64,000 nt of DNA. It comes from Verrucomicrobiota bacterium (GTDB taxonomy: Bacteria > Verrucomicrobiota > Verrucomicrobiia > Limisphaerales > AAA164-E04). The DNA lies in NCBI GenBank assembly GCA_047947115.1, contig CP170459.1, forward strand, positions 4,128,001 to 4,192,000, given 5' to 3'. Positions 1 to 10,467 of the stretch are shown one piece after another. A program made the position numbers and the translations under genes. The notes beneath the pieces are model-generated. The model was not told the DNA's origin, made no database searches, and worked only from the letters and a program-made list of their open reading frames with translations. Positions within the stretch are counted from its first letter, which is position 1. Each line of letters starts with the position of its first letter.

Positions 1-1053
1 CCTTTGTCGATGGGCATAGTGGACCGCTTTGAACAAGCAGGATTCACAATTTGGGGACCAAATGCTCAGGCGGCGCAATTCGAAGCTTCCAAGGCGTTTT
101 CACAAGAGTTCATGCAACGCCACGACATCCCAACAGCCCGATCGGGAATTTTTTCAAATCCCAGCGAAGCATTGGCCTTTGCAAAATCACTTCAGGGAAA
201 ATGCGCCGTCAAGGCAGATGGACTGGCATTGGGCAAGGGGGTGTTGATAACCGATACGATTCAAGATGCCGAGACCGCCATTCAACAAGTCATGGTGGAC
301 AAGTCCTTTGGAACCGCAGGCAACCAAGTAGTCATTCAGGAAAAACTTGAAGGGCTGGAAATATCCTTGCACGCCCTCTGTGACGGACAAGGATACTTGC
401 TGTTCGAGACGTCTCAGGATCACAAACGGGCTCTGGATGGCGACGGCGGTTTGAATACCGGCGGAATGGGAACCTACTCCCCCGCTCCTTTCCTGAACGC
501 AAATCAACTGAATGAGATTCGTTCCACTGTCTTGGACAGATGGTTGAACGGATGCCTTATGGAGGGAATTGATTTTCGCGGGATGCTTTATCCCGGTTTG
601 ATGTTGACCAAGGAAGGCCCCAAAGTTCTTGAATTCAATGCGCGTTTCGGGGATCCGGAAACACAGGTTTACCTCATGCGATTGAAAAATGATCTTCCTG
701 AATTGTTGCTGGCGAGTGCCGAAGGACGCTTGCAGGGCATTCAGTTGGAATGGTCCGAACAGGCATCAACCTGCGTGGTGATGGCTTCTGGGGGATATCC
801 CGAATCGTATGCCAAAGGAAAAGTCATTGAAGGCATTGCTGAGGCTGAGACCGATCCACTGGTCAAAGTCTTCCATGCGGGCACAAAACTGGATGATGCA
901 GGGCAGTTGCTCACCGCCGGCGGCAGAGTGCTGGGAGTGACGGCGCTGGGAGATGATTTGGGTCAGGCCACCCAGCGTGCCTACAAGGCAGTGGAGAAAA
1001 TACATTTCGAATCCTGTCATTTTCGTCGTGACATTGCGGCCAAGGCTCTGTAA
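1..1053 (+). CDS. purD: Phosphoribosylamine--glycine ligase, 5'-truncated by the window edge
   Basis: Motifs VKADGLALGKGV, QDHKRALDGDGGLNTGGMG, EFNARFGDPETQ and C-terminal HFRRDIA; the N-terminal domain lies outside the window. Confidence 0.96.
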   Translation, partial: PLSMGIVDRFEQAGFTIWGPNAQAAQFEASKAFSQEFMQRHDIPTARSGIFSNPSEALAFAKSLQGKCAVKADGLALGKGVLITDTIQDAETAIQQVMVDKSFGTAGNQVVIQEKLEGLEISLHALCDGQGYLLFETSQDHKRALDGDGGLNTGGMGTYSPAPFLNANQLNEIRSTVLDRWLNGCLMEGIDFRGMLYPGLMLTKEGPKVLEFNARFGDPETQVYLMRLKNDLPELLLASAEGRLQGIQLEWSEQASTCVVMASGGYPESYAKGKVIEGIAEAETDPLVKVFHAGTKLDDAGQLLTAGGRVLGVTALGDDLGQATQRAYKAVEKIHFESCHFRRDIAAKAL

Positions 1054-1173
1054 TGAAATGGAACGGATGCCGATGGATCTCTGATCGGGCATCACAACGC
1101 CGTTCCGTTCAAACTTCCCGAAAGTGGTGAGCCTTTTATACATTCCACACCGGGTTTCACGACCATTGATCAC

Positions 1174-2232
1174 ATGCGACAAATAACAGCAATTTGTATA
1201 ACAATATTATTGCAAACCGATTTGATGCCCCACATCAAATCGGATGAACCCACACAAGCATCCGATCCGGTTGTGGCTGTTACCACGGAATTGCCCAAGT
1301 ATGACGAAATCGTCCAAACCATCGAATCGAAACTGAACACCATCACCATAGAAGACCTGGAACACGCTGCAATTCAAGGTGTTCTGACAGAATTTCAGAG
1401 CAGTATCGAACTGGAAACCCCGATTTCCCCCGGAGCTCCACTCTCTCAACCACCATCTGTGGCAAAGAAGGAGATCATCGGTAAGCATATCGGATATCTG
1501 AGAGTCGCTGAAATCCGCCCCTCAACTGCCAAGGAAACCCTCGAAGCATTTGAATCGTTGCGCGTAAAAACAGCACTTGAAGGTTTGGTGTTGGATTTGC
1601 GCTATGCCGGTGGCAGCGATTTTGATGCAGCTCTTAAGGTAGCCTCTGTATTTGTTGATGCAGCCACGCCCTTGTTAAACTGGGGTGATGGCATTCGATC
1701 GGTACCGCAAGGAGAAACGAAGATTGCGCTTCCAGTTGTGGTTCTCGTGAACGAAGCCACCACAGGTGCCGCAGAAGCATTGGCCGCAGGGCTGCAACTT
1801 GCGAAAGTCGGCCCGCTCGTCGGACGTCACACCACCGGGAAAGTTCAATCCATTGAACGGGTTCCTCTTTCCAGTGGCCATATTCTGGTTCTTTCATCCG
1901 GTTCGGTTTCACTTGCCGACGGTGCAACCCTCACTGGCCAGGGCATTCAACCAGACATCGGAGTGAATGTATCCGCAGCAGAACAAGCCGCTTTGTTTGA
2001 TGATCCTTACGGTCGGATCACTTCATCACAAAGCGAACCAGGCGAGCGCATGAACGAAGCAGAGCTCATGCGACGGCAAAAGGAAAATGGAGGGGCAGCC
2101 ATCGATATTAATGCCCCCCCGGTGGCAACCGAGGAAAACTCATCCAAACCAAAAGCCATCAAGGATCCCATCCTGGCTCGTGGCGTGGATGTTTTAACGG
2201 GATGGCACATTTTCAAAAACTTGAGGAAGTGA
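1174..2232 (+). CDS. S41 (CtpA/Prc) peptidase-like protein without a PDZ domain, probably catalytically inactive
   Basis: [36 protein letters not shown] and GIQPDI match the S41 core; the SASASE nucleophile position is Gly. Confidence 0.75.
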   Translation: MRQITAICITILLQTDLMPHIKSDEPTQASDPVVAVTTELPKYDEIVQTIESKLNTITIEDLEHAAIQGVLTEFQSSIELETPISPGAPLSQPPSVAKKEIIGKHIGYLRVAEIRPSTAKETLEAFESLRVKTALEGLVLDLRYAGGSDFDAALKVASVFVDAATPLLNWGDGIRSVPQGETKIALPVVVLVNEATTGAAEALAAGLQLAKVGPLVGRHTTGKVQSIERVPLSSGHILVLSSGSVSLADGATLTGQGIQPDIGVNVSAAEQAALFDDPYGRITSSQSEPGERMNEAELMRRQKENGGAAIDINAPPVATEENSSKPKAIKDPILARGVDVLTGWHIFKNLRK

Positions 2233-2296
2233 GAACGAAAGCCAATGTTTTCGGTTGAAACCACTTCACACTAACGGAACGTTCGGAAAGCCAATT

Positions 2297-4459
2297 ATGA
2301 CTAAAATCTTGTTCATTTGCACAGGGAACATCTGCCGCAGCCCGATGGCCGAAGGCTATCTGCGTCATTGGGCCGACTTAGAAGGTCGCAAGGACATAGA
2401 GGTGGCTTCCGCAGGTGTCGGTGCCATGAACGGACAAGCTCCGAGCAGACACTCGGTCCTGGCTCTCAATGAATGGGGAATCGACATCACCGCACAGCGC
2501 AGCCAAATGGTTTCCCCTGAGCTCATCGAACAGTCGGATTGGATCTTTGGGATGACACATGGTCACGTGGATGCCATCTGCTCGATTTTCCCTGAAGCTT
2601 CCGGAAAAACACTGTTGCTGCGACATTTTAACGACGAACTGCAAGGTTATGACAAGGAAATATCCGATCCCATTGGAGGTAGTCTTGGGGTTTACAAACA
2701 ATGCCGTGACGAGATCAAACAAGGGATCGACGGAATGATTGCGGCTTTGCTTGGAAATAACGAAACCGACGCCAAACAGGTCCTGAAAATTGCCATTGGG
2801 TCTGATCACGCTGGATTCAAAGCCAAGGAAGCCCTGAAATGCCGGTTGGAGACAGCATCCAGACAGGCAATCGACATGGGCACACACGACGACAAGTCCA
2901 CCGACTACCCGGACTATGCGAGGGCAGTTGCTCAAAGCGTGGCGGATGGCCAAAGCGATTTCGGGGTGCTCGTTTGTTCGACCGGAGTTGGCATGTCCAT
3001 AGCCGCGAACAAAGTATCCGGTGTTCGTGCCGCGCTGGTGCACAATGCGGAGACCGCTCGTCTGGCCAGGGAACATAACCACGCAAACGTTCTCTGCCTG
3101 GGTGCCAAAGGTAATAGCGAAGACGATTTATGGGCCAGTCTCCAGGCCTTTCTAGAAGCAGAATGTGGAGGTGATCGACACCAACGACGTGTCCGAAAAA
3201 TTATAGCCATGGAAGAAAAACAAAAGCACTCGGTTGCAGCCGTGGACCCGGCCATCGCACAAATCATCGAAAAAGAACGTCAGCGTCAGCAGGAAAACAT
3301 CGAGCTGATCGCCAGTGAAAACTTCACCAGCCCTGCCGTCATGGAAGTGCAGGGTTCCGTGTTGACAAACAAGTATGCGGAAGGATATCCCGGCAAACGC
3401 TGGTATGGCGGATGCGAATACGTCGACGAAGCCGAACAACTGGCCATCGACCGGGCCAAGCAGCTTTTCGGAGCCGAGCACGCCAACGTGCAGCCTCATT
3501 CCGGCTCGGGAGCCAACATGGCAGTCTATTTCTCCACACTGACGCCCGGGGATAAAATCCTCACCATGGACCTCAGCCACGGCGGCCATCTGACCCACGG
3601 CAACAAGGCCAATTTCTCTGGGAAATTCTTTGAAGTGGTTCATTATGGAGTGCGAAAAGAAGACGAACGGATTGATTACGATCAATTGGAACAAATGGCC
3701 AAGGAACACCGCCCGAAAATGATCACTGTCGGTGCCAGTGCCTATCCCCGGATCATTGATTTCGAACGCATGGCAGCCATTGCCAAAGAGGTGGGAGCTT
3801 ACCTGTTGGCGGACATCGCGCACATTGCCGGATTGGTGGCCACCGGCAATCACCCCAGCCCCGTGGGACATGCCGATTTCGTGACAACCACCACACACAA
3901 AACTCTTCGGGGGCCTCGAGGGGGATTGATTTTGTGCGGACAGGAACACGCCAAAGCCATCGATTCCCAAACGTTTCCCGGTATTCAGGGAGGGCCTCTG
4001 ATGCATGTGATTGCCGCCAAAGCTGTCTGTTTCCTCGAAGCCCTGCAACCGGAATTCAAATCATACCAACAGCAGGTCGTTAAAAACGCTGCCGCCCTGG
4101 CTGAAGGAATGGTTCGCAACGGATTCAGGTTGGTGAGCGGAGGTACGGACAACCACCTCATGCTTGTCGATGTGGGTGCCCGGGACATGACGGGTAAAGC
4201 CTGCCAACACGCACTTGACGAAGCGGGAATCACGCTCAACAAGAATACCATTCCCTTCGAAACACGCTCCCCCTTTCAAGCAAGTGGCATCCGCATTGGA
4301 TCACCAGCTGTAACCACAAGAGGCATGAAAGAGCCGGATATGACGGCCATCGCAGACATGATCAGTGAGGTACTTCTCGATATAAAAAATGTTGACGCAG
4401 CGGCCAAGGTAAGGCAGCGTGTCAGGGAATTGACCGCAAGATACCCCTTGCCGTATTAA
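2297..4459 (+). CDS. glyA: Triple fusion: low-molecular-weight protein phosphatase + ribose-5-phosphate isomerase B + serine hydroxymethyltransferase
   Basis: [12 protein letters not shown] and ISDPIGG (LMW-PTP); [26 protein letters not shown] and GDRHQRRV (RpiB); [22 protein letters not shown] and [14 protein letters not shown] (SHMT) all in one frame; ATG at 2297 preferred over TTG at 2255. Confidence 0.93.
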   Translation: MTKILFICTGNICRSPMAEGYLRHWADLEGRKDIEVASAGVGAMNGQAPSRHSVLALNEWGIDITAQRSQMVSPELIEQSDWIFGMTHGHVDAICSIFPEASGKTLLLRHFNDELQGYDKEISDPIGGSLGVYKQCRDEIKQGIDGMIAALLGNNETDAKQVLKIAIGSDHAGFKAKEALKCRLETASRQAIDMGTHDDKSTDYPDYARAVAQSVADGQSDFGVLVCSTGVGMSIAANKVSGVRAALVHNAETARLAREHNHANVLCLGAKGNSEDDLWASLQAFLEAECGGDRHQRRVRKIIAMEEKQKHSVAAVDPAIAQIIEKERQRQQENIELIASENFTSPAVMEVQGSVLTNKYAEGYPGKRWYGGCEYVDEAEQLAIDRAKQLFGAEHANVQPHSGSGANMAVYFSTLTPGDKILTMDLSHGGHLTHGNKANFSGKFFEVVHYGVRKEDERIDYDQLEQMAKEHRPKMITVGASAYPRIIDFERMAAIAKEVGAYLLADIAHIAGLVATGNHPSPVGHADFVTTTTHKTLRGPRGGLILCGQEHAKAIDSQTFPGIQGGPLMHVIAAKAVCFLEALQPEFKSYQQQVVKNAAALAEGMVRNGFRLVSGGTDNHLMLVDVGARDMTGKACQHALDEAGITLNKNTIPFETRSPFQASGIRIGSPAVTTRGMKEPDMTAIADMISEVLLDIKNVDAAAKVRQRVRELTARYPLPY

Positions 4460-4731
4460 AACACACCTTACAAGGAATTGATTTTCTTCAGGAAACCGGT
4501 TCCCGACTACGATTCTCAGAATGTTACTGGCCTATGAGTCCGATTGAATTCAATTCTTTCAGCTCATTCCTTTGATTCGAGTTGAAGTAGTCCATGTGTT
4601 CTTTGGATGGATGAAAAAGATATTTTTGTCCCTGAAAATTGACAGTGTCTGCCTGAGCCTCTGCTTGATATCTTTCCATCGAACATGACGAATGGTTGTG
4701 TTGATGAGCCGATAAACAATAGTACCGCATT

Positions 4732-6552
4732 ATGCCAAGAGCAGCCAAGAAGGCGACCCGCAGTCACGCCAAAGCCACATCTGCATCCGACGAAATTCAA
4801 CCCGATTTGATAGATCAGGCTGAAACAACCAGCGATGCGCCAGATGGGCCAAACGCCGAAGCAAAACCCGCCGCCAAAAAGAAGCGTGCCACCCGCAAGA
4901 AACGGGTCACCAAGAAGACGTCCGCCAACTCAGAAGAAGCTTCCGATACAGCAACACCCCATGCAGATGAAACAACCTCTGCTGCAGGCGAAGATTCAAC
5001 CCCTGCTCCAGAGCCATCCGCAGAGGAGTGTGACCTAGTCCAGTTCGATTCGGAAGAGCAACCTGACAGTGAGGAGAAGCCCGAGGAAGCCTTCGACTGC
5101 GATGCAGCAGCCGATGATGTGTCTGTTTCTGAAGGATCCGATGAAGATTCAGAGGACGATGACACGCGAAGCGATTCGGATGAGGACGCAGAGCAGGAAG
5201 ACGAGTCTGAGGCAAATTCAGAAGACAGATCCGAACCTGAAAGCGGCAAAAGGAACCACAAGAAGGACAAACGCAACAAGGACAAGCCAGCCAAGACGAT
5301 TAACATCAGTCAATTGCAGGCCATGTCCATGGGCGAGCTCAACATCATGGCCAAGGAACTCGAGATCGAGAACTTTGGGACCATGAAAAAGCATGAACTG
5401 ATTTTTCACATTCTTCAGCAAAATGCGGAACGCAGCGGTGTCATGTTTGCCGAAGGTGTCCTGGAGATTTTGCCCGAAGGATTCGGTTTCCTGCGTTCCA
5501 GGAGTTACAACTATCTCTCCTGCCCGGAGGACATCTATGTCTCCCCTTCCCAAATCCGTCGATTCGACCTGCAAACGGGCGATATCGTCGCAGGCCAGAC
5601 ACGTCCGCCAAAGGAAAAGGAACGTTTCTTTGCTCTGTTACGTGTGGAAGCAGTGGACAAGGAAGATCCGGAAAAGGCCAAAGACAAGATTCATTTTGAC
5701 AACCTCACACCGTTGTTCCCCGAACAACGGCTGATTCTGGAAAACGACAAGGAAGAATATTCCACCCGTGTGCTGGATCTCGTATGCCCGATCGGAAAAG
5801 GAACCCGTGGTTTGATCGTGGCGCCGCCTCGAACCGGTAAAACGGTCCTGATGCAGAATGTTGCCAATGCGATCCTGAAAAACAATCCGGAAGTCTATCT
5901 GTTCATCCTGTTGATTGACGAGCGTCCTGAAGAAGTGACGGACATGGAACGTACCTGTAAAAAGGCGGAGGTCATCAGTTCCACCTTCGACGAACCGCCC
6001 GAACGCCACATCCAGGTGGCGGAAATGGTCATCGAGAAGGCAAAGCGCATGGTTGAACATAAAAAAGATGTCGTCATCCTGCTTGATTCGATCACCCGAT
6101 TGGCTCGCGCCTACAACACAGTACAGCCCCACTCCGGCAAGATCCTTTCCGGGGGTGTGGATGCCAATGCTTTGCACAAACCGAAGCGCTTTTTCGGTGC
6201 AGCGCGTAACATTGAAGAAGGCGGATCATTGACCATCATCGCCACCGCACTGGTTGACACCGGTTCGCGCATGGATGAGGTGATCTTTGAGGAATTCAAA
6301 GGCACCGGCAACATGGAAGCACACCTCGACCGTCACCTGGTGGATCGGCGTATCTTCCCTTCGATCAATGTTGAACTCAGTGGCACTCGTAAAGAAGAAC
6401 TGCTCTACCACCCGGACGAATACAACAAGGTCGTGCTATTGCGCAAAGCGTTGACCGGGGTTCCGCCTGTTGAAAGCATGGAACTGATGCTGAACAAACT
6501 GAAGAAAACTGGAACCAATATCGAATTCCTGCTATCTGTTGGCAATCCCTAG
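4732..6552 (+). CDS. rho: Transcription termination factor Rho with a ~190 aa low-complexity N-terminal extension
   Basis: [58 protein letters not shown]. Confidence 0.97.
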   Translation: MPRAAKKATRSHAKATSASDEIQPDLIDQAETTSDAPDGPNAEAKPAAKKKRATRKKRVTKKTSANSEEASDTATPHADETTSAAGEDSTPAPEPSAEECDLVQFDSEEQPDSEEKPEEAFDCDAAADDVSVSEGSDEDSEDDDTRSDSDEDAEQEDESEANSEDRSEPESGKRNHKKDKRNKDKPAKTINISQLQAMSMGELNIMAKELEIENFGTMKKHELIFHILQQNAERSGVMFAEGVLEILPEGFGFLRSRSYNYLSCPEDIYVSPSQIRRFDLQTGDIVAGQTRPPKEKERFFALLRVEAVDKEDPEKAKDKIHFDNLTPLFPEQRLILENDKEEYSTRVLDLVCPIGKGTRGLIVAPPRTGKTVLMQNVANAILKNNPEVYLFILLIDERPEEVTDMERTCKKAEVISSTFDEPPERHIQVAEMVIEKAKRMVEHKKDVVILLDSITRLARAYNTVQPHSGKILSGGVDANALHKPKRFFGAARNIEEGGSLTIIATALVDTGSRMDEVIFEEFKGTGNMEAHLDRHLVDRRIFPSINVELSGTRKEELLYHPDEYNKVVLLRKALTGVPPVESMELMLNKLKKTGTNIEFLLSVGNP

Positions 6553-6607
6553 GACTTGGATAACTACTGACTTGGACTTCGGACCCGTTTCAGCCCCTGA
6601 AAAATTC

Positions 6608-6642
6608 AAAACCGAACCTGCTTGACCAGGTTCGGTTTTTTA
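6608..6642. terminator. Bidirectional intrinsic terminator between convergent rho and ubiX
   Basis: AAAACCGAACCTG-cttgac-CAGGTTCGGTTTT hairpin with A/T runs on both sides. Confidence 0.85.
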
Positions 6643-7200
6643 TTATTCCGCCTCCTCTTTCCAGCGTTTTGAAACGGAGTGGTCAATGTTCATGTGATCG
6701 AGAATGCGCGCGACCACCGTATCCACCAGCTCTTCAATATTGGCAGGACGATGGTAAAAATGAGGCGACGCAGGCATCATGGTCGCGCCTGCCAGGGTAA
6801 GGAGTTCCATGTTGCGGATATGGACCAGGTTATAGGGAGTTTCTCTCAGAACCAGGATGAGCTGCTTTTTTTCCTTCAACATGACGTCTGCCGTTCGGAG
6901 CAGTGCATCCTGACTGAATCCATGCGCAATACGCCCCAAAGTCCCCATGGTGCAAGGCACGATCACCATGGCATCCGCCGGATTGGATCCGCTTGCAAAA
7001 GGGATATTCATGGATTTCACGGAATGTAATTGAACGCTCTCAGGTATCTGCAACCCGCATTCGAGCTCCTCCCCTACAACCTGAGTGGCGTATTGGCTCA
7101 TCACTAAATGCACCTCATGACATGTCCCCTCGAGATGGTGCAGCAAGCGCTGGGTATAAATGGCTCCACTCGCACCGGTAACTCCCACGACTAACCTCAT
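6643..7200 (-). CDS. ubiX: Flavin prenyltransferase UbiX
   Basis: VGVTGASG, FASGS, PCTMGTL, LRETP, PASPHFYHRP. Confidence 0.92.
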   Translation of the reverse strand: MRLVVGVTGASGAIYTQRLLHHLEGTCHEVHLVMSQYATQVVGEELECGLQIPESVQLHSVKSMNIPFASGSNPADAMVIVPCTMGTLGRIAHGFSQDALLRTADVMLKEKKQLILVLRETPYNLVHIRNMELLTLAGATMMPASPHFYHRPANIEELVDTVVARILDHMNIDHSVSKRWKEEAE

Positions 7201-7429
7201 TTTTCGGCCCTTTCTATCGAATCATTCATTTCAGGCAGACCATGCACCGGTTTGAATCACTGCGCAAGGAGACATAGGATTGAGACAAAATACGCAGCAA
7301 TAGTTCAAAACCGCCAATCCCCTCAGATTCACGCTTTTCAAGATTTCGTTTTTCACATAGATTGTCCTCTCCTTTGGGAACCTTTCCCCTTTAAAGCTGG
7401 GAGTTCCCGAGGGTTTTAGTCAATCAAAG

Positions 7430-8809
7430 ATGCCAAGCGTTTACATCAAAACCTACGGATGCCAGATGAACGAGCGCGACTCTGAAGCGGTCGCGGCGCA
7501 ACTGTGTGCCAAGGGCTACACCATCGCCCCCTCCGAACAACTGGCTGATGTTGTCCTGCTCAATACCTGCAGCGTCAGAGATCAGGCCGAACAAAAAGCA
7601 CTGGGGAAAATGCAAAACCTGGTCTCCACGCTCAAAAGGGATCGTCCGGATGTGGTCCTGGGCTTCATGGGCTGCATGGCCCAGAGTCGGGGCAAGGACT
7701 TGATTGACAAGTTGCCGGATGTCGACCTGGTGCTCGGGACTCAAAAATTTCATCACGCTCCGAATTACATCGACGCACTGGTGCAGGGCGATCAAAAGCG
7801 GATAGTTGACATTGAGGAGGAAAAAGGCAGCGAGGCCACCATCAAGGAACATCTGCTCCAGGGCAACACGGACCGCACCTCCGTCACCGCATTTGTCAGT
7901 ATCATGCAGGGATGCAATCAATACTGTACCTTCTGCATCGTTCCCTATACCCGCGGCAAGGAAAGATCGCGTTCAATAGAAGACATCGTCGCCGAGTGCC
8001 GGCAGCTGGTGGCCAAGGGAGTCAAGGAAATCACTTTGTTGGGCCAGATCGTCAATAGTTATGGAAAACGGGAAATTGGCGTCAAAGACGGCAAATCAGC
8101 CTTTGTCCAGCTTTTGGAAGCGGTGCACGAAATTGAAGGATTGCTTCGAATCCGTTTCACCTCCCCTCACCCAAAGGGATATGGTGATGATTTGATCGAG
8201 GCATACGGTCGATTGCCCAAACTTTGCCCAAGCGCGCACATCCCAGTGCAAAGTGGCAGCAACCGAATTCTGAAGCGCATGCATCGGGTCTACACCCGGG
8301 AGCGATTTCTCGAAATCGTCGAAAAACTTCGCCGTGTGAATCCCGACATTGGGATCACGACCGACATCATCGTCGGATTTCCGGGTGAAACCGAGGAAGA
8401 TTTTCAGGAAACCATGTCGCTGGCAGAGGAAGTGGTTTTTGAAAATGCATTTGTTTTCAAATATTCACAGCGTAGCGGAACCCCTGCCGCCGAGATGGAT
8501 GGTCAACTTCCAAAGGAAGTGATCGAACGCCGACACGCAGCTTTATTGAAACAGATCACCGACCTGGGCCGTAAGAAATATGAACAGTTCCTGGACCGGG
8601 AGGTTGAAATTCTGGTGGAAGGGCCAAGCCGAAGAAATCCGGAACGTCTTGAAGGCCGGACCGGGTGCAATAAGATCGTGGTGTTCGAGGGCAATCGAGA
8701 GCGTTTTCAGGGTCAGCTTCTGAACTTGCGCATTGAACGCGTTGGCTCTTTTACGCTCTACGGTGATCCCGCCATCCTGAATGTCTCGGAGACGGCGCCG
8801 GTCGCTTGA
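7430..8809 (+). CDS. miaB: tRNA-2-methylthio-N6-dimethylallyladenosine synthase (radical SAM methylthiotransferase)
   Basis: TYGCQMNERDS, NTCSVR, GCMAQ, CNQYCTFC (CX3CX2C), IIVGFPGETEEDF and a C-terminal TRAM domain. Confidence 0.95.
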   Translation: MPSVYIKTYGCQMNERDSEAVAAQLCAKGYTIAPSEQLADVVLLNTCSVRDQAEQKALGKMQNLVSTLKRDRPDVVLGFMGCMAQSRGKDLIDKLPDVDLVLGTQKFHHAPNYIDALVQGDQKRIVDIEEEKGSEATIKEHLLQGNTDRTSVTAFVSIMQGCNQYCTFCIVPYTRGKERSRSIEDIVAECRQLVAKGVKEITLLGQIVNSYGKREIGVKDGKSAFVQLLEAVHEIEGLLRIRFTSPHPKGYGDDLIEAYGRLPKLCPSAHIPVQSGSNRILKRMHRVYTRERFLEIVEKLRRVNPDIGITTDIIVGFPGETEEDFQETMSLAEEVVFENAFVFKYSQRSGTPAAEMDGQLPKEVIERRHAALLKQITDLGRKKYEQFLDREVEILVEGPSRRNPERLEGRTGCNKIVVFEGNRERFQGQLLNLRIERVGSFTLYGDPAILNVSETAPVA

Positions 8810-8834
8810 TTTGCCCAATTATACAAAACAATTT

Positions 8835-9389
8835 ATGTCACTATCACTATTGTCTATCTTGTTGGGTGTGGCTTTTGCCATTCCCAATGTCTATGGCATC
8901 CTCAAACCCGAGGCTTTTAAGAAGGCCGCCACTGCTTTTCCCCGGTCAAATCCCTGGGGCTACGCTCTGATTGGCCTGTCCACCCTCTGGTTTCTCTACC
9001 TGGTCAAGCAGGAGGATATTTCCGATTTTGCCGCCTACAAAACGCTGATGCTATGGGGGTTCGCCGCCATCGGATTGGGAACCGCTTTTTATGTGAAAGA
9101 TTTCCTGGCAGTACGTGGTGCTGCCGTCTTTATGTTGCTTCTTGCCAAATTAATGGTCGAAACAGCCCGTTGGGTTGACACACCATGGCGTCTGGTCATT
9201 GTGGTATGGGCATATGTCCTGGTTGTTGCCGGGATGTGGTTTACCATTTCACCCTGGCGCATGCGTGACTTTCTTCTTTGGAACGTGCGTGAACTGAAGC
9301 GACTCAAAACTCTTTGCATCGCCCGAACAGCATTTTGTGTGATGGTCATCTTGCTGGGCCTGACGATTTATCGCACCACACCCCAATAG
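8835..9389 (+). CDS. Hypothetical integral membrane protein (about 6 TM segments)
   Basis: Multiple hydrophobic segments; ATG at 8835 follows the miaB stop. Confidence 0.7.
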   Translation: MSLSLLSILLGVAFAIPNVYGILKPEAFKKAATAFPRSNPWGYALIGLSTLWFLYLVKQEDISDFAAYKTLMLWGFAAIGLGTAFYVKDFLAVRGAAVFMLLLAKLMVETARWVDTPWRLVIVVWAYVLVVAGMWFTISPWRMRDFLLWNVRELKRLKTLCIARTAFCVMVILLGLTIYRTTPQ

Positions 9390-9391
9390 TC

Positions 9392-10339
9392 GTGATCGAT
9401 CACAAGGGTAAAATACTGGTTATCCGTGGAGGCGCCATCGGGGATTTCATTTTGACCATTCCCGTATTCCAGGCTCTCAAAAAATATTTTCCCCAAGCGG
9501 AATTGGAAGTCCTTGGTTACCCCAAGGTGGCCAGACTCGCCGTGGAAGCAGGATGGGCCAGTCAGGCCAAATCCATTGAAGATCCAGGACTGGTTCGCTT
9601 TTTCGCCCCGCGTGGACCTGTTCCGCCAGAGTGGCAGCAGTACTTTTCCCAGTTCGATATCATCATCAGTTACCTCTTCGATCCGGACGAAATCTTTAAA
9701 AAAAATATCGAACACTCCGGCAAGCACCACTACATCCACGGTCCGCATCGACCGGATGAAAAACTAAACATTCACGCCATTGACGCCCTGTTAAAGCCAT
9801 TGGAGAAACTGGCTGTCTATGAATCCGGGTGGGTGCCGGATCTGGGACGTTTGATGGGCACCCAATCAAAACCGGAACGAAAAACGATAAGAATCGCCAT
9901 GCACCCGGGAAGTGGCAGCACTCTGAAAAACTGGCCTTCTGAACGTTGGACAGAGTTGATTCAGCACTTTTCTGGAGTATCGGATCTCGAAATCCTGGTA
10001 GTAGGCGGTGAAGCAGAACGGGAACTATGCGCGCTCATCCCGACTCATCTTCCCCAAGGCAAATGCAGAGTATTCATGAACCATCCCCTTGATGAACTGG
10101 CAAGATCACTGGGTGAATGCGACGCATTCATCGGACACGATTCAGGGATCAGCCATCTCGCAGCTGCCATTGGGGTACCATCGGTTGTGCTTTGGGGCCC
10201 CACCAACCTCAACATCTGGCGCCCGGTTGGAAAGCACGTGACCGTCATCGAATCCGACAGCGGACTTCCTGGCATCACCCCAAGACAGGTTCTCCGGGAA
10301 ATCAACCGTTTGCTGGGAAAGGATCGTCCTGTTGGATAG
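9392..10339 (+). CDS. Glycosyltransferase family 9 (heptosyltransferase-like)
   Basis: ILVIRGGAIGDFIL, HPGSG..KNWP, FIGHDSGISHLAAA, VVLWGPT; likely GTG start at 9392. Confidence 0.88.
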   Translation: MIDHKGKILVIRGGAIGDFILTIPVFQALKKYFPQAELEVLGYPKVARLAVEAGWASQAKSIEDPGLVRFFAPRGPVPPEWQQYFSQFDIIISYLFDPDEIFKKNIEHSGKHHYIHGPHRPDEKLNIHAIDALLKPLEKLAVYESGWVPDLGRLMGTQSKPERKTIRIAMHPGSGSTLKNWPSERWTELIQHFSGVSDLEILVVGGEAERELCALIPTHLPQGKCRVFMNHPLDELARSLGECDAFIGHDSGISHLAAAIGVPSVVLWGPTNLNIWRPVGKHVTVIESDSGLPGITPRQVLREINRLLGKDRPVG

Positions 10340-10467
10340 ACGATCCTTTCACCTCCGAAAACAATCCGGTTTGGCACTGACCATTCCGACGGTCCAATAA
10401 ATGCAGGAAGGATCATGTTTGCCCGCACGAATGGCTCCAATATTGCCCTCCGTGGGGAAACCTTGGA

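Noticed and set aside
4639..4670. Sigma70 promoter for rho at TTGACA (4639-4644)
   Set aside because: There is no convincing -10 hexamer at 16-18 bp spacing.
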